Assembly: GCF_001194135.2 (NCBI RefSeq)
Contig: NC_068982.1
Location: 87,264,533-87,297,726, forward strand
DNA from: Octopus bimaculoides
Taxonomy: Eukaryota
Length of the DNA: 33,194 nt
Direction: 5' to 3'
In this document: piece by piece, positions 24,270-33,194 of the stretch
Position numbering within the stretch: the first letter of the stretch is position 1
How the letters are laid out: the number at the start of each line of letters is the position of its first letter
Position numbers and translations under genes: made by a program
Notes under the pieces: model-generated
Seen by the model: the letters and a program-made list of their open reading frames with translations, nothing else
Databases searched by the model: none
What the model was told of the DNA's origin: nothing

Positions 24270-24390
24270 AAAACATCCTTTACTTGAAAAACAAGTAGGG
24301 GTCAGAAGAGTGTCCAGCCTCAAATCTTGCCTTAAATCACCATCTAATCTATACTAGAAGGAAAAGCAGATGTTAAACAAATGAATAATA
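24270..24390 (+). mobile_element. RTE-type tail fragment
   Basis: ...catctaatctatactagaaggaaaagcagatgttaaacaaatgaat is a decayed terminal motif. Confidence 0.4.
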
Positions 24391-26204
24391 TACTGTTGAT
24401 GTCATAAGAACTTATAAACTTTGAGACTGTGAAATAATTCATTTTTGGAATGGTGAAACTTGAAACAGATAATGCTACAAATAATAGCATGTATAGATAG
24501 AGTTACAAAATCCTCTGAAAAGGAAAAGATTTTTAACCCGATAACACACTTTAGCTGTTTTGAGTTTCACTGCCCCAAAAAAGAATGGTGTGTGTGTGTT
24601 CTACGACTTGTTCACTTTTCCAAGGTTATATCAGGACCAATCAATGGTGTGAGGGATAACTGTTGAAAAGTCTATGAATCTTGTTTATTCACCAGCACTC
24701 TTGTGCATTAATAGCAATAACGCAATGAATTTTCCTACAAATAGGTGCCGAAAAGGATTCAGCAGACAAAGACTAGTTAGATTATCTTTTAAACACACAA
24801 CACATTAAAGAGTGAGCTGGAAAGGCAACATATTTAACAGGTAGGACAGGAGCAGCTGGTCAGCTAGGGTTATAGACTAAAGTTCACCATTAAGATGCAA
24901 TTCTGCACTAACAAGAAGTTTGGAATGTTACAATTGTAAACTAAAATTAAATTGTATCAAGACTGACAAAACAAGGTACCATTAGTATAAGAGAACAAAG
25001 GTGTTGAGAAATCACTATGCCACAAGTTGCTCAGTTACAGCTGATAGGAGCTACTGGACTAGTGAACTATCATAATGGTTCAAGTACAATGATGAAGTTT
25101 TGTAGTAATTATGATGATGATAAAACTGATGATGAATGTCACACTGAGTCCAACAAAACTAAGTGGCTGAAAAGTTATACTACCTATAAAAGAATTCATA
25201 AGCTGGAAGTGGGGGGGGGGGTATGTAGGAGGTAAACATAAAGACAGGAAGTAGTTCACGTATTCTTTTCTTGGTTTTATCAATTAAAAAGTATGTTGAT
25301 TAAAGATTCTATTGTAATTCTTCAATTTAGAAAAATTGCCTATTTAAAGCAGCAAAAAATTTAGCTGGAAGGGATTTATTCTTGAAGTTGTTATAATCCT
25401 TGTTTACATTAGTAGTACATGGTATATTCCCTTTCAAAAGGAGGTTGTTCCTATTTTTGGTACCTGTCCTAGTATTGCTTAGGCTATTAGTTTTGCACTT
25501 TCTATATCACGTTTGTCACCATTACTATTGCTTATGTTAACAAACCAGTGCAGTATACAATTATTTCTGCTATTGCTATTCTGGGGTCTGCCCGTTGATT
25601 TCACTTTATGTTATGGGGGCATTTTCCAGTTATAATTACCCTTCTCTGTGTTTGTAGGTTCTGGGTTCCATGCGTACTTGCATGCTTCTTTCTTTAGTTC
25701 ATTGTGTTAAATAGTAACCTATTCCCACAACCTGCTTCTGCTAGAGCATCATTATAATATTTTTCATTTTTCTAAACCTTATTCCCTGAAAGTCTAGATA
25801 TGCATATAGTTAAACATATACAATTGATCCGCTTCAAGTGGATGGACCTTGAATAAAGTTGCTTGGACTCGTACCTAGTCAAAAGTAACTGGATGCAAAT
25901 GCATTTGTGAGATGTCTATGCAGCAGAAATGTATGTCAGACACATTTAAATCAAATATACTGTACAATTTGTACTAATCTCCATATTCATTGTAATTGTC
26001 TTGGATATACACTCAGTAAATAGTTATAATCCAGTGAAGGAAACCCAGGATTTATCCATCGGATGAAATATATTGGGATTGCTAACCTTAAGTAATCCTA
26101 GGTGCTCCTTACAACTTGAGGAGATTAACCATAACTCGGATTATAACAGTGCTCATACAGAACCCATCTGGATACTTTATCCTTATCTATTCCTATACCT
26201 GTAT

Positions 26205-26365
26205 TTCAAAGGGTCAGTCTTATTGCATTGTGTCATGCTGGATCTCCCTGAGAACTACATGTAGGGTACAAGTGTCTGTCGAGTGTTCAGCCACTTGCAC
26301 ATTAATTTCACGAATAGGCTGTTCTGTTGATTGGACCAACTGGAACCCCTGTCATCATAACTGAT
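26205..26365 (+). mobile_element. 3' part of the 7320-family SINE
   Basis: atgctggatctccctgagaactac...cacttgcacattaatttcacg..ggctgttctgttgattggaccaactggaaccc matches about 7500-7625. Confidence 0.65.
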
Positions 26366-26520
26366 TTATATATATAAATGTAAGATCTGGAGATCGAGGT
26401 GTAGGAAGAAAGTTATTTTCAAGCAATCCATAGCAAAATACAAAAAACAACTTTCAGGGACGATAGTGGTTTATTGAGATGGAAGGTTATGGCTTTGGAT
26501 ATTTTTTTGTATTGAAATAT

Positions 26521-26955
26521 AAGCTGAAAAAAAGTTCTTTTTATGTTTCATGGTAAGCGACCAGAGTTGCTGGGTGTGCAAAAAGGAATACAAGCGTTAC
26601 GGAATGGAGTAGATAAGATCCAGGCTACATATATTTCATAGTGAGCAGAACCTCAGAAGCAGTAAATATCCAAGTGAGGTGCATACACACATTCTGATTG
26701 AACTTTCCAGGCGCCAACATGTACCTCCTTATGACAGTATAACATTCCATTTAATCAAGATATCCTCAGCCTGAAGAGTAGCCTGTGGTATACACCTCAC
26801 TTGGATATTTACCACTTATGACGTTCTGTTTGCTATGAAACATGTAGTCCCGATCTTATCTATTCTTTTCTCTAACTCTTGTATCCCTTTGCATACACCC
26901 AGCAATCCTGATCACCTACCAAGAAATATAAAAAAAAAACTTTTTTCACTTACCT
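26521..26955. mobile_element. Foldback MITE with ~170-bp imperfect inverted arms
   Basis: Arm 26521-26688 aligns with the reverse complement of 26785-26955 (shared blocks gaaaaaa.gtt.ttttt, ttgctgggtgt, atacaag.gtta, tagataagatc, tttcatag, gtaaatatccaagtgaggtg). The spacer is about 95 nt. Confidence 0.75.
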
Positions 26956-27888
26956 TGATATATATATAATATACCAATATGACATGGGTAATGAACTTGG
27001 TTGTAGAATGTGGATAATGAAGGGAAAGGAATTGTGATTCAAGATTTACATTTTGTTTAATGTTTCAGTGATTTTCTTTTGCATTTGACATTGAAATTGA
27101 TAAAACAATTTTTAAAATTTTCATTTATATAAATCGAAATTTGGAGGGTTCTCTCAGATTTGAATTTGAAATCAGAAACAACACAAAACTGTATTTTGAA
27201 ATTTAGATAATCACAAAAATTCTTAATGTTATTGGATTTTAATTAAAGTTTCTTATATTAATATCAGATTCCACAATTGAATTTCTGAAACCTCTAAATT
27301 TTGAAATTTGAAAATTCAAATTGAAAAACTGAAATCTACTTTTATTTTAATTCTTTCTCATTTGTAGTAACGGGGAAATCTAAAGGACAGACTTTATTTA
27401 AATTTTAACTATGAAAACAATAAGAATAACATAAACCAGACTGCATTTTCAACTGCATTGAGAAAGAGAATATATTGGTAAAGACAAAAATACAAGTACA
27501 TGTTAAGTATAGATTACCAGAAAATAAACTGAAGAAATAGAGTGAGGTAGGTAAATCTGATTAGTAAATCTGTTTAGTGAGAAATAAAAACGAAAATGGA
27601 CATGACCAAAATTAGGCCAAATGCTAAAATTTATCAAGAAAATCTTTCTCACAAAATTATGCCAGGGTGAAGTAAATATATAAAAGGAAACATGAAGCTC
27701 ATCAATGAATGAATGAAGAAGAGCTGACTTGCACATCATGGCTTTGCTAACAGTGTAAACTGCTTCTAAACCAAATTTAGATCTCAACATAGGTTCATTG
27801 GGAGAAAGAAATTAAAAAAAGGAGGGGGGGGAATTTTCAGTGACTATTAAATATTAGAGATAAAACACCAAAATTACTTGCTGTAGAC

Positions 27889-27919
<31 letters not shown>

Positions 27920-28189
27920 TCAGTATGTAAACCATTGGTAATAAAATTTAAACATAAATAACAGGAGCAAATGAATAAAATTTTGTGAGAATTTCATAGG
28001 TGAGGTGGCGATGGAATACTTTAAATAGTCTTTGATAAGTCTGCAGGATTAGTAAGGAAATATTAGATTTGCAATGAATGACATAATTATAAAGAAGTTG
28101 ATAAGTAGTAGGATGGAAATAATCTATCAGAAAGGGAACAAGACGTAATAAGAAGAAATAAGAAATCAGAAGGGCTAAAACTGGAGGAT

Positions 28190-28285
28190 ACTAGAAACTG
28201 GAAGAAGAGAAAGAGAACAAGATAAGTACAAAAGAGAGTTGGGTGAAAAGGAGAGAGAAAGGAGATGAGTGAAATGATAGTGAAC

Positions 28286-28343
<58 letters not shown>

Positions 28344-28640
28344 GGGAGAGAGAGAGAGAAAGAGAGAGAAAGAGAGAGAAAGGAGGACAAAGATATGAAG
28401 AGAATATGAAGAAAGAGGAAAGTTACAGAGAAATTTGAGACAGGGGGGGGCAGAAGCAGAGGGAGGGAGGCACAGTGAGATAGCAAGGTATAGATAGTGA
28501 GAGAGAGAGACAGAAAGAGAAAAGCCGGGATAGCAATCAAAGAGAAAGAGGTAGAGAGAGAGCTGACATCTAACCAATAGCAGCAGCAGTATTAGTAGTA
28601 GTAGTAGTAGTAACAGCAGCAGCAATAGCAGCAGCAGCAG
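28190..28640. repeat. Purine-rich (GA)n tract followed by (AGT)n/(AGC)n trinucleotide repeats
   Basis: Directly visible. It is the source of the LSLSLS and poly-L ORFs. Confidence 0.95.
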
Positions 28641-28651
28641 TCAAAACTCAC

Positions 28652-28732
28652 CTGTCATCTGACATAATCGCAACTAAAGGCTGCTGGTCTTGGTTAAATG
28701 GACCACTGCTGTCGTTCTTGGAAACAGTTGAC
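28652..28732 (-). CDS. Candidate internal coding exon (81 nt, phase 2-2) of an unidentified host gene
   Basis: Minus strand reads tggtttgtctgttcAG | gtcaactg...gatgacag | GTgagt. Only one frame is open: STVSKNDSSGPFNQDQQPLVAIMSDD. The length is divisible by 3, and two CpGs are retained in a CpG-poor neighbourhood. Confidence 0.5.
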
Positions 28733-29169
28733 CTGAACAGACAAACCACATTACAACACCAGAAATCTTGGAAACAACACTGTACATGTGCATGTGTGAA
28801 TGTCTTTCGCATTGTATGTGTATTTCAGAGTGTGTCATTGAAAATGTGCATGCACACATACATGCCTTACACACACACTAGCACACATATATAAATAAAT
28901 AAATGGATGCATATGAATCTAAATAAATGAGAGAGAAGAAGAGTATTTAATAACACTAAGCAGGGTGATTTATAATTCATTGGAAGTTGAATCTTCACAA
29001 ACCAATACTCCATGTTTCTTGTGACTGATCTTTCAACGAACATTGAAAAATAAATAAAACCAAACAAATGACTCCTACCCAATGTATACAGTTTGTTGAT
29101 ACTATGTATAGTAAAAATATTATTTGAAAGATGTAAGTTATTTTTTTTTCTGTGGTGTGAAAAAAAGCA

Positions 29170-29325
29170 CTTTGTATATACAGTAAAGTGGTTGGAGTTA
29201 GGAAGGGCATCTAGCCATAGAAACCTTGCCAGAACAGATATTGGAGACTAATGCAGCCTTCAGGCTTCTTGGATCCAGTTAAACCATCCAACTCATGCCA
29301 GCATAGAATACAAAAGTTATATGAT
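29170..29325 (+). mobile_element. RTE-type tail / RTE-tailed SINE fragment
   Basis: taaagtggttggagttaggaagggcatctagccatagaaaccttgcc...ccatccaactcatgccagcatagaatacaaaagttatatgat. Confidence 0.6.
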
Positions 29326-29473
29326 CAGAATTCCATCAATCAATGAGTGCATGCCATTTTATTTAAAACTTGTATGCATTTTAAAAATTGGAGCTTTTTC
29401 ATCATTACTCCGCATCGCATACCATTTTTTCATTGGCCATCATGACTAAATTTAGAGTGTCATTTCAATTCAT

Positions 29474-29899
29474 GGCAATCATTCGATAGTAGTGTGCTAC
29501 TTGTCAACCAGTACCTGCTGATTGTCAACCAGTAGTCAGCTGGTCAACATGTCTTTGTTTACATCAATTCCGCAATTTCCATAAAGAAAGAGGGAAAGGG
29601 CGTTAGTCAGCAGACAGCAGGTACTCACTTTCTCTCTCTCTCTCTTAAAAACACATGTCACTTGTGTTTTTAAGAGAGAGAGAGAGAGAGAGAGAAAGAA
29701 AGAGAGAGAGAGAGTGATAAGTGACATGTGCTTTTAAGAGAAAGAGAGAGAGAGAGAACCTGCTGACTAACACCCTTTCCCTCTTTCTTTACGGAAATTG
29801 CCAAATTGATGTAAACAAAGACAGGTTGGCCAGCTGACTACTGGTTGACAATCAGCAGGTACTGGTTGACAAGTAGAGCACTACTATCAAATGATCGCC
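29474..29899. mobile_element. Palindromic MITE, 426 bp, long TIRs, 8-bp TSD caattcat (Merlin-like)
   Basis: The arm at about 29474-29613 is nearly identical to the reverse complement of about 29760-29899. caattcat occurs at 29466-29473 and 29900-29907. The termini are GGCAA and GGCGA. Confidence 0.85.
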
Positions 29900-30364
29900 C
29901 AATTCATATTTACAGAGAATTTATTTGGAATGGCCATACAATAGAATTTTTCGATAAATTAGACTGCTGTTTTCCAATTGAATATATGACACATGAATAA
30001 GTTCAAGATATAAGTGAATCAAGGCACTTGTTAATGATAGATATTGGTGATGACTTTGCAAAGACTGTCACAAAGAAATATCCATCAGAAAGAATATATT
30101 ATTTGACAAGTAAATTGTAAGTAAAGAGAAATAACTGACATGTCATAACATGACTTCCCACATATGAAGTACTAAAAAGTTCCCCCACTCCACCCCTGCT
30201 ATTTTTCAATAATCATCTAAAGGTCAGAAATTAGAAACTTGACATAATGGTATGTGAAGATTAAGATTCTTATATGTGTGTATATATACATATATATACA
30301 TACTGTGTATGTATAACATGCATTATGAAATAAAAAAGAAAGTCAGCAGCAACAAAACAATATA

Positions 30365-31290
30365 CAAGTAATAATAATAATAATAATAATCGTTCTAAAA
30401 TAGGTGCAAGACCAAAAAAAAGTGGGAAGAAAAAACAGTTAATATTATTAACAACAGTATAAAACCAGTACTTATTTTATTGACCCCAGGAAGATGAAAG
30501 GCAAAAATAGATCTTGGGAAAATTTAATTGTTGTTGTTATTATTGTTTCTAAATTTGATATAAAACCCTACACTGGTGGGTGGGGGGGATTGAGAGTATA
30601 ATTGATTGAATTAATACATTTGATACATCTTTTATAAAACACCAGAAGAATGACAGGTAACTTGACACTGGTGGGTGTGTAAAATTTAGTAATTCTTTAT
30701 ATTAATAATTGTTTCCAACATACACATAGGATTTGAAATTTAGGCAGAGAGGTTAGTTGGTAAAATCAGTACATGACCAGTACTTTATCAAACCTGGAGG
30801 GATGAAAGACAAAATTGGCCAAGGCAGGATTTGAACTGAGAATGTAAAAAGGCAGAACAAACACCACAAGCTATTTTGTCCAATGCTCCAACCATTCTGC
30901 CCATCTGAACAAGAATAATATTGATTTCATTATAATGATTCCTAACACAGGCACAACATATTTGCTAGCATAGACCTGAATTTTGGGAGTAGAGTTTAGC
31001 TGATAACATTAACACCAGTGACTGACTGGTACTTTATTTTATCAACTCTGAAAATAATGTTGAACTTGGTAGGATTTGAACTCTGACTGTAAAGATGAAA
31101 AACAATTATCTCAAATTATGGGACAAGGCCAGCAATTTCAGGGGTGGTGGGTACTTACTTTATCAACCTTGAAAGGATGAAAGTCAAAGTCAACCTCAAT
31201 GGAATTTGAATTCAGAACATGAAGACAGATGAAATGCCGCTAAGCATTTTACCTGGCGTGTTAATGATTCTGCCAGCTCACCACCTTAAT
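30365..31290 (-). mobile_element. Cluster of about five decayed, co-oriented SINE copies (3424 family)
   Basis: The family core recurs (gtacttattttattgaccccag.aagatgaaaggcaaa; tactttatcaaacctggagggatgaaagacaaa; ctggtactttattttatcaactctg; tacttactttatcaaccttgaaaggatgaaagtcaaag), separated by AAT-rich linkers. Confidence 0.7.
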
Positions 31291-31561
31291 TCTAATACTA
31301 ATATCAATAATTAAGAACTATTAGCACAAATTCTATAAAGAAATGAAAGAAAAATTGAATGTCCTTTTAATTACTGTTAATCAATAAATGGTTATAAATT
31401 TATTTCTGATCTAAAAGATAAAATTTTAATGTTAAAAAAACAGCAAAAAAGGAAACATTTTCTCCATATCCTTCATAGAAGTTGACAGATGGCTTCAGAT
31501 TTACAGGAAAGAGAGAAAACTGGGCTCATCCTGTTATCCTATTTTGATTGAAATACATTAC

Positions 31562-31627
31562 CTTTGTTTTAATCAGTTTTGAAAAGACTGAAGAATTTAT
31601 TAATACATTATCTGTGTTAAGATGGTG
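31562..31627 (-). CDS. Weak candidate exon (66 nt, phase 0-0)
   Basis: tatattttccAG | cac...acaaag | GTaatg. Only frame 0 is open: HHLNTDNVLINSSVFSKLIKTK. No homology was recognised. Confidence 0.25.
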
Positions 31628-32454
31628 CTGGAAAATATATCAACATGAAATTTTGTTGGAAGGTTTTAATTTAAACTACTTTAAAACAAAGGCTTTTTTT
31701 TTCATTGAACCAAAGGTGATCTCAGGCAAGTTGGTAAAATGAGATTTATACATTAAGCTAATTGTAATGGCATTAAACTCATTTAAATTACATGAACTGC
31801 TCCCAATGAAGAAACCAGCCTCCATCATAGATAAAGTTTCAAACTATTGCGACAGAAGCAGCAGATATTTTTCTTATGATTTTGTTTCCCAACTGCCACC
31901 ACTTGGTTTTATGCTGAGCTCACTTCATTTTCAGGCATTAAAAAAAAAAATCTGAAAGGTTATTTTTACCCTTTGAAACTTAATTTTAGTTAAATGAAAC
32001 TAGGGTGGCAGTAATTAACACGCAGGATTGTTAATTCTATGTTAATGCAACAGTATTAAAAATAATATCTGTGCAAACCTTAATATTATTTTGCTTACAT
32101 TTTTGTATAGAATGAAGCAAGTGTTTATGTTAAGTGGGGATCTAACAAGAAACATTTATAGATAAGGCATTAAATGTTTGTCTAAAGGAAAACTCTAGAA
32201 GAACTCTTTTGCAAGAAGTGATTGCTGATGATGAAATGAAAAGCACTAGTTTAAGAGGATAGAGGATGGCAGAGGAGACTGTAGTACTCTGTGTTACATG
32301 GGCTTTATCGTCACTCACAAGCAAGTATGACCTGGTAACTCATACTACACTTTTGTTAATTCTTTCAGAAGTAGACAAACAGCTCTTTCAGACTCATCAC
32401 TCTTGACCTAATAGAATATTCAAGATGTGACAGTTGGAAGGAGAAAGAGCTGCA

Positions 32455-32612
32455 CTAGCAATCAGTTGGTACTCATTTTCAGTTGATTAGACTGGAGCAA
32501 CATGAAATAATGTGCCTTACCCAAAGACACAAGCCACTGCTTGGTTCAGGAATTGAACCTATAACCTTATAATCATGAGCTCAACACCCTAACCATTAGG
32601 CTACATGTCATA
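32455..32612 (-). mobile_element. SINE head fragment (same family as 14920-15238)
   Basis: actggagcaacatgaaataatgtgccttacccaaagacacaa...caggaattgaacc...catgagctcaacaccctaaccattaggc. Confidence 0.65.
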
Positions 32613-32851
32613 TAGCAGCACTAAAAAGTATGAAGGTATCAGTTTCTAGATCTAACTTGTTATGACACAGATGTTAAGTGACATATACCACTGTACTAGA
32701 GAATATACATTAAACTGGTTTTCTATTTGATGCGAGCAGAATAACTGAACAATGTCTTTTTCAACAACATTAGTAGAGATTATCTTCAAGTGGCAATCTC
32801 TGAGACTATACCACCACTTCTTGATGCTCAAAATCTCATTAATATAAAAGA

Positions 32852-33194
32852 CTAGCAGAAATACCCGGCTTTGCCCGGGTTAAAGAGAATAATGAAATCT
32901 AAAAACGCTGTCTAGACTACGCAACCCTCAACTGTTAGTAGCTACGATACCATATTTCTACATTAATAACTCTCCAATCCATGCCAGCATGGAACATAGA
33001 CATTAAGTGGAATGCCAGTCTCTCATCTGGGAAGGCCTTGAAATCAATGTTACCAACTGGGGACTATGTGCGTCGCAGTGATAATAAAAAGACTCAAAGG
33101 AGGTCTGCAACGAAATAATTTTACTCAACACTTTGCAAGTGAATCAGTGGAGGCAAAGATGCGTCTCATTTACTTGACAATTTATGCATCACAT
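32852..33194 (-). mobile_element. Helitron 3' terminus (hairpin + CTAG|T); element probably extends rightwards, right boundary undefined
   Basis: Minus strand reads acccgggcaaagccgggt atttctg CTAG t. The stem acccgg/ccgggt (32863-32880) lies about 11 nt from the terminal CTAG, which is followed by T as expected for insertion between A and T. Confidence 0.75.

Noticed and set aside
26022-26150. Short inverted match gttataatcc / ggattataac
   Set aside because: Only about 10 bp and AT-rich, with no TSD. Not distinguishable from chance.
27040-27350. Recurrent ttgaaatt-type motifs
   Set aside because: Low-complexity AT-rich sequence with no definable unit or termini.
28175-28625. 121 and 144 aa minus ORFs
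   Set aside because: Translations of (GA)n and trinucleotide repeats.
30365-31290. CRISPR-like or regular repeat-spacer array
   Set aside because: Units are diverged SINE copies of unequal length in a eukaryotic genome, with no constant repeat or spacer periodicity.
32140-32262. Plus frame QETFIDKALNVCLKENSRRTLLQEVIADDEMKSTSLRG
   Set aside because: Bounded by stops, with no convincing splice sites and no recognised family.

Overview
AT-rich animal genomic DNA, almost entirely non-coding, with two assembly gaps (about 12344-12597 and 20293-21255). The tRNA-derived SINE families and RTE-type tails closely resemble octopus repeats, so the source is probably a coleoid cephalopod (inference from recalled consensus sequences, no search run). 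I found no intact protein-coding ORF: the long ORFs in the track are microsatellite, low-complexity or N-gap artefacts. The window holds decayed transposons: a Helitron helicase fragment, non-autonomous Helitron ends, RTE LINE remnants, a Penelope GIY-YIG remnant, a Tc1/mariner transposase remnant, many SINEs and at least four TIR elements (MITEs). Two of the MITEs have clean target-site duplications suggesting Merlin (8 bp) and ISL2EU (AT) superfamilies. CpG is retained up to about 6.4 kb and eroded beyond it, which suggests that 6.4-33 kb is the methylated, mostly intronic body of a host gene. The best exon candidate is on the minus strand at 28652-28732; I could not identify the gene. I found no convincing evidence of a new multi-gene biological system. 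The findings concern transposon structure, methylation footprints and dsRNA-forming potential.
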